Below, piece by piece: positions 12,241 through 25,854 of a DNA stretch of 64,000 nt. This DNA comes from Octopus sinensis. Taxonomy: Eukaryota. Within the stretch, counting starts at the first letter, position 1. Each line of letters opens with the position of its first letter. A model generated the notes under the pieces. The model was not told the DNA's origin. It made no database searches and saw only the letters and a program-made list of their open reading frames with translations. The DNA lies in assembly GCF_006345805.1 (NCBI RefSeq), contig NC_043019.1, positions 32,735,360 to 32,799,359 of the forward strand. The letters are read 5' to 3'. Position numbers and translations under genes: made by a program.

Positions 12241-12857
12241 ACTTGAAGAATCTGAGAGTTGTCCGTCAGCCATCTAAGACAAATTTTAGAGAATAGAGAA
12301 GTGGCTGTGTGACGAGACTTTAATAGCTGAATGAATCAATGAATATAAGGTTCATATATATATATATATCATCGTTTAACATCCACTTTCCATGCTAGCA
12401 TGGGTTGGCCGGTTTAACTGGGGTCTGGGAAGCCAGAAGGTTGCACCAGGCCCAGTCTGATCTGGCAGTGTTTCTACAGCTGTGTGATGAGACTTTAATA
12501 GCTGAATGAATCAATGAATATAAGGTTCATATATATATATATATATATATAAAAAGTTAATCCAAACAAGAAAACACAGAAAAAAAGAGAAAAAAAGAGA
12601 AAAAAACACAGCAACGCAGGACGTGGAACAATTAGAGTATTATTGACGCTCAGGAAAGAAGGGAAGGAGGGTTTAACGTTTCGAGCGGAGCTCTTCGTCG
12701 GAAACAAGGAGAAGGGAAGGTCCCAAGGAGGGAAGACAGAGGAGAAAATATTTGAGCTGGTGGTGCTTAAGAGATCACATGTTGAAAGAACAGAATTTGG
12801 AGGTAGTTGAAATATGGTTTTATAATGCAAGAGAGAGTTCCAAAAAAAGGAATGCCT

Positions 12858-12898
12858 GTGTGTGTGTGTGTGTGTGTGCAAGATAAGTGTGTTTGTGC

Positions 12899-12938
<40 letters not shown>

Positions 12939-13350
12939 TTTTGGTGAATAAGGCAATGACAAAGCCAGCTGTCATGATGACTACTAGCTGTTTGTGTCAA
13001 GCCAGGTCAAAGCCGGGTCAAAAAACAAAGGACTATATGTATCATGTGTGTGTGTGTGTGTGCATGTGTGTGTTCGTGTGTGTATGCGTAGTGTGGGTGT
13101 GTGGCGAGTAACTGTTTAACCATAGTACGTGTGTGCTTGTACGTGTGTGTGTGTGTATGTATGTATGTACGTGTATGTGTGTGCGTGTGTGTACGATGTA
13201 GGGGCTTATATGTGTGTTTATGTGTGTGTGTATGTGTATGTATGTATGTATGTGTGTGTGTGTATGTATGCGTGTGTGTGTGTGTGTGCAAGATAAGTGT
13301 GTTTGTGCGTGCGTGTGTGTGTGTGTATGTGTATGTATGTATGTGTGTGT

Positions 13351-13394
<44 letters not shown>

Positions 13395-13722
13395 ATGTAT
13401 GTATGTATGTGTGTGTATGTATGCGTGTGTGTATGTGCGTGCGAGTGAATGTGTGTATATATGTGTGCGTGTGTGTACGATGTAGGGGCTTATATGTGTG
13501 TTTATGTGTGTGTGTATGTGTATGTATGTATGTATATGTATGCGTGTGTGTATGTATGTATGTGTGTGTATGTATGCGTGTGTGTGTGTATGTATGTATG
13601 TGTGTGTGTGTGTGTGTGTGTATGTGTGGTGTGTATGTATGTATGTATGTATGTATGTATGTATGTATGTATGTATGTATGTATGTATGTATGTACGTAC
13701 GTATGTATGTATGTGATATATC
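12858..13722. repeat. Compound (TG)n/(TATG)n microsatellite field
   Basis: Read directly; includes short duplicated unique inserts. Confidence 0.9.
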
Positions 13723-15145
13723 TATCATCATCATTTAATGTCCACTTTCCATGCTAGCATGGGTTGGACGGTTTAACTGGGGTCTGGGAAGCCAGGAGGC
13801 TGCACCAGGCTCCAGTCTGATCTGGCAGTGTTTCTACAGCTGGATGCCCTTCCTAATCCAACCACTCCGTGAGTGTAGTGGGTGCTTTTTACGTGCCACC
13901 GGCACAGGTGCCAGACGAGGCTGGCAAATGGCCACGATTGGATGGTGCTTTTTATGTGCCACCGGCACGGAGGCCAGTCAGCGTGACGCTGGTTATGGCT
14001 ACGTTCGAATGGTTCTCTTACGTGCCACCGGCACTGGTATCATAGCTACAAATTCCATTGATGTTGATCGATTGCGATTTTGATTTTCACTTGCCAATAT
14101 ATATATATATCTCGTTAAACCATATATAATATATATATATATATACACACACACATACACACACACCGACGTACATATACATACACACATACATATGCTG
14201 TATGGTTAAGAAGTTTGCCTCCTAACCATGATCATGGGTTCAGTTCTACTGCATGGGACCTGAGCAAGTGTCATCTCTATCCCTAGGCCATCAAAACTTG
14301 TGAGTGGATCTGATAGAGCGTGTGTGTGTGTGTGTGTGCGTGTCCATCCTCTTAATATCATGTGGTTTTTGCCCATGATCATGGGTTCAGTTCTACTGCA
14401 TGGCACCTGAGCAAGTGTCATCTCTATCCCTGGGCCATCAAAACTTGTGAGTGGATCTGATAGAGCATGTGTGTGTGTGTGTGGTGTGTGTCCATCCCCT
14501 TAATGTCATGTGATTTTTGAAAATGAGCATCACCATCATACAAGCAATGAACATTTCCAGTCTTGCACAAAAAATATATCAGGCCATGGGGGGAAATATT
14601 AGCTTGTTTGGAAATGGATAAGCTTTGATGACAGGAAGGGCGTCCTGCCATAAAAAAATCTCTGTGTGTGGCACATAAAAAGCACCATTTGGGCGTGGCC
14701 GTTGCCAGTACAACCAAACTGGCCCTCGTGCCGGTGGCACGTAAAAGCACCTGCTGCACTCTTGGAGTGGTTGGCGTTAGGAAGGGCATCCAGCTGTAGA
14801 AACTCTGCCAGATCAGATTGGAGTCTGGTTCACCAGACCTCAGTCAAATCGTCCAACCCATGCTAGCATGGAAAGTGGACGTTAAATGATGATGATGATG
14901 ATGAATGCTTTAAAGTTGTAAATGAGTATCACTGTCATACAAGCAGTGTCATTCATTTCCAGTATTCTGAGAGAACAACAGATCTGGCCATGGGGAGCTG
15001 TTTAGCCAGCTTGGAAACGAGCAAGGGTTGGCAACAGGAATGGCACCCAGCTGTAGAAAACCTGTGAAATAAAACTCTATTCTACTCATGCAAGCATGGA
15101 AAAGCGGATGTTAAATGACAACGATGGTGATTAATAAATTGATAA

Positions 15146-15547
15146 GCGCAGGAGTGGCTGTGTAGTGAGTAGCTTGCTAACCAACCACATGGTTCCGGGT
15201 TCAGTCCCACTGCGTGGCACCTTGGGCAAGTGTCTTCTACTATAGCCCCGGGCCGACCAATGCATTGTGAGTGGATTTGGTAGACGGAAACTGAAAGAAG
15301 CCCGTCATATATATGTGTGTGTATATATATATATGTATGTGTGTCTGTGTTTGTCCCCCTAGCATTGCTTGACAACCGATGCTGGTGTGTTTACGTCCCC
15401 GTCACTTAGCGGTTCGGCAAAAGAGACTGATGGAATAAGTACTGGGCTTACAAGGAATAAGTCCCGGGAACGATTTGCTCGACTAAAGGCGGTGCTCCAG
15501 CATGGCCGCAGTCAAATGACTGAAACAAGTAAAAGAGTAAAGAGTAA
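15146..15547 (+). mobile_element. Full-length tRNA-headed SINE (family A): head, internal TA/TG tract, (TAAAAGAG)n tail
   Basis: Pol III A-box-like TGGCTGTGTAGTG and B-box-like GGTTCAGTCC. Other copies at about 5267, 6127, 10505, 17608-18110, 38150-38415, 38700-39330, 39723-40219(-), 43609-44026, 49448-49860(-), 51070-51410. Confidence 0.85.
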
Positions 15548-15804
15548 GCCTGATGTGACATTTATATGGAAATGCATGACAGCATGAAACAAGGATTAGT
15601 GTATTAGCTAATCCTAAATTCAGCATTAAACTTAACAAACACCTACACTTTGACCCTGACCCTGACCTAATTCCAACTCCTTCATCTTTGTCAGTTCCCA
15701 CTCTGTTCAGCTATGAAGAGAAACATGAAAGTTGGAAAGAAAATCTCTCAAATGTTATCTTCTTAATAATAGAAGGCCACTTGGTTTTGGATATACTATA
15801 GTAA

Positions 15805-16365
15805 TGGAGGCACATGGCCTAGTGGTTAGAGCAGTGGACTCGCAGTCAAGGGATCGCGGGTTCGAATCTCAGACCGGGCGATGTGTGTGTTTATGAGCAA
15901 AACAGCTAAGCTCCATGCGGCTCCAGCAGAAGGTAATTGCGAACTTCTGCTGACTCTTTCGTGGTCGAGGGATCGTTGGTTCGAATCTCAGACCGGGCGA
16001 TGTGTGTTTATGAGTGAAACAGCTAAGCTCCACGCGGCTCCGGCAGAAGGTAATGGTGAACTTCTGCCGACTCTTCCGCGGACTCGCGGTCGAGGGATCG
16101 TGGGTTCGAATCTCAGACCGGGCGATGTGTGTGTTTATGAGCGAAACAGCTAAGCTCCACGCGGCTCCGGCAGAAGGTAATGGCGAACTTCTGCCGACTC
16201 TTTCGCCACAACTTTCTCTCTCATTTTTTCCTCCTGCATCTCGCAGCTCACCTGCAACGGATCGGCGTCCCGTCCAGGTGGGGAACCTATACGCCAAGGA
16301 AACTGGGAAACTGGCCCTTATGAGCCAGGCATGGCTCGAGAAGGAACAAACAAAAAAAAAACAAC
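15805..16365 (+). mobile_element. tRNA-derived SINE (family B) with triplicated head region
   Basis: A box TGGCCTAGTGG, B box GGTTCGAATC, A-rich tail; imperfect TSD ATATACTATAGTAA (15791) / ATATACTTTAGTGAA (16366). Confidence 0.85.
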
Positions 16366-16589
16366 ATATACTTTAGTGAAATAACCATTTGAATTAAGTC
16401 TCTCTCTACCTGCCTGGTAATTAGCTTGAGCTAATTTTACCTTGATTTATAATTGTGGTTCACATGGTTTTGGGTTCAGTTCCACTGTGTGGCACCTTGA
16501 GCAAGTGTCTTCTATTACAGCCCCAGGCTGGCCAGATCCTTGTGAAAGTAGTTGGTAGATGGAAACTCAAAGAGGCTCATTGTGTGTGT

Positions 16590-16968
16590 GTATGCATTTA
16601 GGTATGTGTATGTGTCCATGTACGTACATGTTTGTGTGTGTGTGTGTGTGTATGCTTATATGTGTATGTATGTATTGGGTTGTCCGGAAAGTTTGTGCCG
16701 ATTTATAGTAGCTTACCTTTCGACTTATTTTAAGTAAGATGCCCCATGCTGAATTGTCTTGCGCGGAATTGTTGCATCATGGCCTGTATGCATGTGTATA
16801 CATGTGTATGTTTGTGTATACTTGTATGTATGTGTATGTAAGGTTGTATGCGTATACAGATGCCTGATGTCTGTGCATACATGTATCTGTATGCATTTAA
16901 ATGTACCTGTATGCGTGTGTATATTATGTGTGTATGCATGTATGTGTGTGTATACATATGCATGTATA

Positions 16969-17011
<43 letters not shown>

Positions 17012-17395
17012 ATATACTTATGCGTGCATTAGTATGTGTATACACATGCATGTTTGTGTGTGTGTATATATATATATATATGCCTGTATGTGTGTATATA
17101 TATGCCTGTATGTGTGTGTATACATATGTATGTATGTGTATATACTTATGCGTGCATTAGTATGTGTATACACATGCATGTTTGTGTGTGTGTGTATATA
17201 TATATATATGCCTGTATGTGTGTGTATACATATGTATGTATGTGTATATACTTATGCGTGCATTAGTATGTGTATACACATGCATGTTTGTGTGTGTGTG
17301 TATATATATATATATGCCTGTATGTGTGTATATATATGCCTGTATGTGTGTGTATACATATGTATGTATGTTTATGTATATTTGTGTGTGTGTGT
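16590..17395. repeat. Compound TG/TA microsatellite with tandem 60-120 bp higher-order repeats
   Basis: Read directly. Confidence 0.9.
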
Positions 17396-17758
17396 CTGTG
17401 TATTATCCTTATTGTAAAAGATAAACCTTAACCCTTTGATACCAACCGACCTGGGACCACCCTTGTTTCCATGATACAAACTTCCTGTTTTAAAGGGGTC
17501 TACACTAAAACCTTTATCTGTTACAAGTTGTTTGTCATCAAAATTTCATGTTAATTTATATCCCAAACCCCAGCTTAATAATGGTGGTCATTTTAACAAA
17601 TTATTCGTGGTAAGTAGCTTGTTTACCAACCACATGGTTCCGGGTTCAGTCCCACTGCGTGGCACCTTGGGCAAGTGTCTTCTATAATAGCCTCGGGCTG
17701 ACCAAAGCCTTGTGAGTGGATTTGGTAGACGGAAACTGAAAGAAGCCCATCGTATATA

Positions 17759-17799
<41 letters not shown>

Positions 17800-18895
17800 T
17801 TGTTTTATTTATATTTCCTGTGCCATACTAATACAATTGTTTGTTTGTTTTCCACCTGCCTTCGTCTTTTGTCTATTTTCATAAAGCTTCCCGTTATATA
17901 TATATATATATGCGTGTGTGTGTTTGTCCTCCTAGCATTGCTTGACAACCGATGCTGGTGTGTTTATGTCCCCGTTACTTAGCGGTTCGGCAAAAGAGTC
18001 CGATAGAATAAGTACTGGGCTTACAAAAGAATAAGTCCTGGGGTCGAGTTGCTTGATTAAAGGCGGTGCTCCAGCATGGCCGCAGTCAAATGACTGAAAC
18101 AAGTAAAAGTATTACTAGCACTATGACCTGGCAACGCCGGGTCATAGTGCTAGTGCATATGTGGAAGGTGGCAATCACTCCACCACACACCACACACACA
18201 CACACTTGTATAGACGCATTTATATACACTTAGGTGCATGCACAAACACTCATTCTTTGTCCTTTCTGTTCTCCTTTAGCCAGTGTTCTTCTTAAGGTTG
18301 CTACTTGAATGAATCATCTCACTACTAATCTTCAGTTTTTCACTGTAGTTGTCACCACTTACAAGAAGAATTCCTCCCCTCAAACATCTGCCTATTAGCA
18401 CTATTTTCCTTGCTTCTTGAATAAATATTTTGTTTTTTTTTTAAATTCTTTCAAATCTTTTGTTGTTCACTTTTATTATTTTAAGGACATTTTTGCACTA
18501 GATTTCCATTCTTTGTTCCTTTTGTAACTCATAAACAAAGTGGACGGTGGCTCGAGGCTTTTGACGGTCACTTGTCTCCTTAGTAAAATGGTTTCAAATT
18601 GAAAGTGAAATAAAATTCCCTTTACACACACACACTACACACACAAAACATATTTAGAGATGTACACCTATGAATGCATATGTGTACATATTTCCAGACA
18701 TACATATCTACATATGTCATTATTTTAATACACATACATACAGACACACATGCACACAAACACTCACATACACACACATGAATATATAAGGACATTATTA
18801 TTAATAAAAAATAATAATAATGGCAATCCAATATATATATATGCATGTACAGACTTCCATACACAGTTACATATACATGCATATTACTAATATAT

Positions 18896-19194
18896 ATATA
18901 TCACGTGATCACGTGACCGACCAGACCATCAGACGTTGTTACACATCGCTGGTCACAATGCGTTCGCATTGTTTTAGCCTTCGAATGACGCCACCCTGCT
19001 GGCTAAGCGAGCAGGCCAACAGAAGAAAGAGTGGTGAAAGAGTACAGCAGGGATCACCATCACCCCCTGCCGGAGCCTCGTGGAGCTTTTAGGTGTTTTC
19101 GCTCAATAAACACTCACAACACCCGGTCTGGGAATCGAAACTGCGATCCTCTGACCGCGAGTTCGCTGCCCTAACCACTGGGCCATTGCGCCTC

Positions 19195-19197
<3 letters not shown>
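18896..19197 (-). mobile_element. tRNA-derived SINE with family-B head and (CACGTGAT)n tail
   Basis: Reverse complement begins GTGGAGGCGCAATGGCCCAGTGG...GTTTCGATTCC. Confidence 0.8.
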
Positions 19198-19228
<31 letters not shown>

Positions 19229-21243
19229 ATATATAAAAAAAATAAAATAATATGTGACAATTATTCAATAGCCAAGATAACCGAAAAGAGGGTGTTTATC
19301 TTTGCTATTGAATAATTGTCACATATTATTTTACAGATAATTTCCTCTATTTACATAATATTGAGGTCTCTTTCTTTCTTTTGTTATCTTACCGTTTTTA
19401 CCAATATATATATATATATGTATATATATATTCTTTATAAAGCTAAAACAATGCAAATTATTAAAATAATACAGATAGATCACTTCACCTGATATGTGAG
19501 GGTTAGAACCCCTTCATCAGGAAATCTATGGAGAAAATGTGTTGTTAGCTGACTTCACTGATCTGAAGAGAAGTCAGCTAACAGCATCTTTTCTCGTAGC
19601 CATAGATTTTCTGTAGAAGGGATCCTAACTCTGATATGTTGAAATACCAAGTAAAAGTACTAACCATTGAGCTGTATCTTTTGATAACTTGCATTGTTTT
19701 GGCTTAACAAAATAAAAGGAAAATCAAAATCATATGTATGAGACAATGCCTCGCGTAAACTATACAAATACAACACTCTCACACACATTTGCATACATTT
19801 AACTATATGGGTGTATATAATATATATATATATTATATATATATATATATAATAATAATTTCCATTGATGTTGATCGACTTCGAAAGCAGAACCAAAATC
19901 GAAGTCGATCAACATCAATGAAATTGCAGCTGTGATGCCGGTGCCGTGACAAGTAAGCGAACCATCCAATCGTGGTCGTTGCCAGCGCCGCCCCGACTGG
20001 CCTCCGTGCTGGTGGCACGTAAAAAGCACCATCCGTCCGTGGCCGTTTGCCAGCTCCGTCTGGCACCTGTGCGGGTGGCGCGTAAAATGCACCCACTACA
20101 CTCATGGAGTGGTTGGCGTTAGGAAGGGCATCCAGCCGTAGAAACACTGCCTGATCAGACTGGGCCTGATGCAGCCTTCTGGCTTCACAGACCCCAGTTG
20201 AACCGTCCAATCCATGCTAGCATGGAAGGCGGACACTAAATGATGATGATGATATATATATAATAATATGAGGAAATATTATTCCAAACTTACAGGGAAA
20301 AATTCAATTTAGAAATACTAAATCAATTTCACAAAATATAATATATATATATATATATATATAAGTTAGAACCCCCTACCACACTTTTATCAATTCAATA
20401 ATGAAAAATTAAATTATACCATTTAGAAAAATTACATCTTATAGAAAGATTGAATATAAGATAAAACATATAACATGATTAAGTAATGTGCAAAATAATA
20501 AATAAAACGTATATATTTTGTATATATTTTTAAATTTATTTATATATATATATATATATTGATAAAAACTGTAAGATAACAAAAGAAAAAAAGAGATCTC
20601 GTTATTATGTAAATAGAGGAATTTATCTGTGACAATTATGGCTACCGAATAATTGTCACATACTACATTTACAGATATATATATATATATGTAAATATAT
20701 ATATATATATGTATGTATATATATATATATAGGAAAAGAAGTCCTTGAAAGGGATGTGTTAAACATCCAATTCACTGGTACGTCAGTTGAATGCCACATA
20801 AATATGGGTATAATTACAAATTAAATAGATACAATTTATTTATATTATACCATAATATCCTATGCATATAATATAACATAAACAATTATTAAAAATCCAT
20901 TATATATACACGCATACATGCTCACACATCCTCATACATATATGTATATCTAGGTTTTTTTTATATCATGTTTATATATATGTATATATACATACATTGT
21001 GCATATATATTTGTTGATATTTATATATACGTAATCTGTTGTATCATTTGTTTCTGTGCATGGCTGTATGCATGTGTATCCAATTCTGCTGTATATAGTG
21101 ATGTACTATGATATCTACTATGAAATGCTATTCAGGTGACAATATGATGTAGGGCCTCGGACCCGAGTGTCCAGGACGAAGAGAGAGAGCGCGAGAGAGA
21201 ACTATATTTGACTGGCAGACTGTTACTCTATTAACACCTGAAA

Positions 21244-21271
21244 ATGCATCACCGAAGTACACACCAGGCAG
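21244..21271 (+). CDS. EFR3: Candidate alternative first coding exon of EFR3 ([10 protein letters not shown], phase 1)
   Basis: AAAATG start and CAG|GTAAGG donor at 21272; phase matches exon 41004; unique GC-richer island among microsatellites. Prediction from signals only. Confidence 0.35.
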
Positions 21272-21339
21272 GTAAGGAAGGATGAAAATAAAGATGATGT
21301 ATGGATGGATGGGTTTACATAGATATACATACATACATG

Positions 21340-22850
21340 TGTGTATGTAAATGTATTTGAATGTTGTATATATATATATATATCTGTACATATATTTATA
21401 TAGATATATATGTGTATGTATAAAAGTATGTATATGTACCTTTGTGTGTGTGTATATATATATATCTGTATATATATATATACATACATACACATGTGTT
21501 TGTGTGTTTGTTTAAAAGTATATATGCATATATGTATGTATATGTAATTATGTAAAAAAATATGTATGCGTATATGTATGTATATGTAATGGTGTATAAA
21601 ACTATATATGTAATCATGTCTAAAAATGTCTGTGTATGTATGTATGTATGTATATATATATATTATATATATATACACGTGTATGTATGTATGTATATAT
21701 ATATATATACACTTGTATATATGCATGTATATATATATGTATATATGCATGTATATATAAGTATGTGTATATATGCATGTATATATGTGTATATATGCAT
21801 GTATATATGTGTATATATGCATGTATATATATGTATGTGTATATATGCATGTATATATGTGTATATATGCATGTATATATATGTATGTGTATATATGCAT
21901 GTATATATATGTATATATGTATACATGTCTGTATATGTGTACATATATGTGTATATATATATGTACATGTGTGTGTGTGTATATGTGTACATATATGTGT
22001 GTATATATATATATGTGTACATATATGTGTGTATATATATATATGTGTACATATATGTGTGTATATATATATATGTGTACATATATGTGTGTATATATAT
22101 ATATATGTACATGTGTGTGTGTGTATATGTGTATATGTACATGTATGTGTGTATATGTGTATATATATATGTATATATATATATATGTGTGTATATGTAT
22201 GTGGTGTGTATATGTATGTGTGTGTATATGTATGTATGTATATATATATGTATGTATGTATATATATATGTATGTATGTATATATATATGTATGTATGTA
22301 TATATATATGTGTACATATGGGTGTATATATATATATATATACATGTGTTTGTGTGTATATGTGTATATGTACATGTATGTGTGTATATGTGTATATATA
22401 TATGTATATATATATATATGTGTGTATATGTATGTGTGTGTATATGTATGTGTGTGTATATGTATGTATGTATATATATATGTATGTATGTATATATATA
22501 TGTATGTATGTATATATATATGTATGTATGTATATATATATGTGTATGTATGTATATATATATGTATATGTATGTATATATGTATGTATATGTATGTATA
22601 TATGTATGTATATGTATGTATATATGTATGTATAGTATGTATATATGTATGTATATGTATGTATATATGTATATATGTATGTATGTATGTAATGTATGAT
22701 GTATAATATTATATGTATGTATATATATGTAATGGTATGTTATATATGGTATATATAATGTATGTATATAAGTGTATATATATGTATGTATCTATATATA
22801 TATATATGTATATATATGTATGTATATATATATTTATATATGTATATAAA
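21340..22850. repeat. Large TA/TG/TATG compound microsatellite
   Basis: Read directly; source of the long Y/I/C/V/M ORFs. Confidence 0.95.
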
Positions 22851-23387
22851 GTTTGAATTATATTTCGTCCTTTAATTTGGAGGATTCCAAAAAATCCATT
22901 TCTAATATAGATTCTTCATATTTTGCTGGTAGCTTACTGGTGTAAGTTTGCGAATATGAAAATAATACTTGTATATGGTGTGTTGTGAATTTATGAAAAG
23001 GAAACCCATAGAAAAGAAGAGATGATGTTGAAATTTAAAAGAATTTTAATTTATGCAGATGATCGTTTCAAACAGTGATATTAAAATCATGCAAATACAT
23101 CGTTGAGAAGAAATAATTTAATTTAATTATTTCTATTCAACCATGTATATATACGTGCGTATATATATGCGTGTGTGTGTATATATATATATATACATAC
23201 AAGTATATATATGTGTGTGTATGTATATATACGTGTATATATATGCATATATATGTACATACACATTTACATATTTAAAATCAAAATCAAAATGAGGGTG
23301 AAAAATTGGCTATTAATTTGATAACATCAATTTTAACACCAGTGGTCTAGCATATAAAAAAAACTGAGATTCAGTAAATAGTATTTC

Positions 23388-24037
23388 ATACATAAATATA
23401 AGAGGGAATTACCACTATGTGGAAACCCTTATGCTAGAAAAAGATCCGCTATGGTCTCAACCACTAAGAATTGTTCTCCAGAAAATTTACACACGAGAAA
23501 CATAAGCGAGAAAGACAAATGATAGTGAAACAATTGTTTGTGATTAATCTATATTTTTGTTTGTAAGCCATTTAAGAAACACACAAAAGTCGTTCGATTC
23601 ACTTCAACATTTAAGTTTAATTTGTCAAAATATTTTCGTCGCTAAAATCCGCGACCTGTTCACTGACAAAAATCCGTGCTGCATCTCGGATTTTTGTCAG
23701 TGAACAGGTCGCGGTTTTTGCGATGAAAATATTTTGACAAATTAAACTTAAATGTTGAAGTGAATCGAACGGCTTTTGTGTGTTTCTTAAATGGCTTACA
23801 AACACCTTCCACACTGCAATTGTTTTCGTTCCAGCACACGATCACAGATCAAATCACTTGCTATGCGAGTACATCTCCCTATATTTTTGTTATTTTTCAT
23901 TTGTCTTTCTCGCTTACGTTTCTGGTGTGCTAAATTTTCTGGAGAACAATTCTTAGTGATTGAGACCATAGCGGATCTTTTTCTAGCATAAGGGTTTCCA
24001 CAAAGTGGTTAAAAAATTCCCTCTTATATTTATGTAT
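23388..24037. mobile_element. Nested foldback: outer arms 23388-23522/23897-24037, inner arms 23559-23676/23687-23803
   Basis: Arms are near-exact reverse complements by inspection. Confidence 0.85.
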
Positions 24038-24484
24038 AAATTACACATTTACATATGTATACCATGATGACCCCCCCCCCCTGTTATTTTTATACACATT
24101 GCCCAATTGTTTATCAACACTAAAATTTAGCATCTTGTGGAGCATGCTCACTTAATTTTCTATCAAACCTTTTTCACATTCAATATCGAATGCCCAGATT
24201 TCACTAGCATGATGTATTGCATATCATACACAGGTAATCTATTTTGCCACTCTGACAGAAATTTCTTTGGTTACTAACGAATATAATCTCTTCCTGAATG
24301 TTTTCTACCCAGCATTTAAATATGTGCTCCACACCCTTTTCTTCACCTGTGGTATACTTCTTTTCTTTTCAAAATTTGGTGGCACACCTGAACTAAAAAT
24401 ATAACTATAAGTATAAGGAAAAAAATCTATATTTACAGGTTACATTGTGGCAAACCAGTTGTGGTGCACTGCTTTATATACATG

Positions 24485-25660
24485 TACATCACAGATACCC
24501 CATAATATAATACTAGTACATCACAGGTACTCCATAATATAATACAGGTACATCACAGATACTCTATAATATAATACAGATATATCATTGGTACTCCATA
24601 ATATAATACAGGTACATCACAGGTACACCATAATATACAGGTACGTCATAGGTACTCCATAATATAATACAGGTACATCCCAGGTACTCCATAATATACA
24701 GCTATATCATAAGTACTTCATAATATACGGGTACATCACAGATACTCCATAATATAATACAGGTACATCACAAGTACTCTATAATATAATACAGGTATAT
24801 CATAGGTACTCCATGATATAATACAGGTACATCATCGGTACACCATAATATAATACAGGTACATCATCGGTACACCATAATATAATACAGGTACATCATA
24901 GGTACTCCATAATATACAAGTACATCATAGGTATTCCACAATATAATACAGGTACATCACAGGTACACCATAATATACAGGTACATCATAGGCACTCCAT
25001 AATATAATACAGGTACATCACAGGTGCACCATGATATAATACAGGTACATCATAGGTACTCCATGATATAATACAGGTACATCATAGGTACATCACAGGT
25101 ACTCTATAATATAATACAGATATATCATTGGTACTCCATAATATAATACAGGTACATCACAGGTACACCATAATATACAGCTATATCATAAGTACTTCAT
25201 AATATACGGGTACATCACAGATACTCCATAATATAATACAGGTACATCACAGGTACTCTATAATATAATAAAGCAGTGCACCACAACTGGTTTGCCACAA
25301 TATACAGGTACATCATAGGCACTCCATAATATAATACAGGTACATCACAGGTGCACCATAATATAATACAGGTACATCATAGGTACTCCATGATATAATA
25401 CAGGTACATCATCGGTACACCATAATATAATACAGGTACATCATAGGTACTCCATAATATACAAGTACATCATAGGTATTCCACAATATAATACAGGTAC
25501 ATCACAGGTACACCATAATATACAGGTACATCATAGGCACTCCATAATATAATACAGGTACATCACAGGTGCACCATAATATAATACAGGTACATCATAG
25601 GTACTCCATGATATAATACAGGTACATCATAGGTACTCCATAATATAATACAGGTACATT
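24485..25660. repeat. About 32-bp minisatellite (TACATCACAGGTACTCCATAATATAATACAGG)n with shorter variants
   Basis: Read directly; higher-order block duplications. Confidence 0.95.
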
Positions 25661-25854
25661 ACTGTCTTTCTGGACGCTGATAGTCTGGAACCTCCCATAA
25701 TCTACACCAATTTACTCTCATATACAGGTACCTGTACTTCATAAATAACTTTATTATATTTGATTTGGAGTGTGTTGACCAGGGTGACTACCTCTGGTTT
25801 AGAAGTACTGGCAGTGGGATTCTGATTTAAGCACCCCCATATGGCCCCTTATAG

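Noticed and set aside
15805-15880. tRNA genes at A/B-box sites (also 19120-19197, 40279, 61348-61419)
   Set aside because: No complete cloverleaf; all run into SINE bodies
21223-22706. ORFs above 300 aa in TA/TG arrays (also 13.0-13.7, 16.7-17.4 and 33.7-36.2 kb)
   Set aside because: Translations of microsatellites
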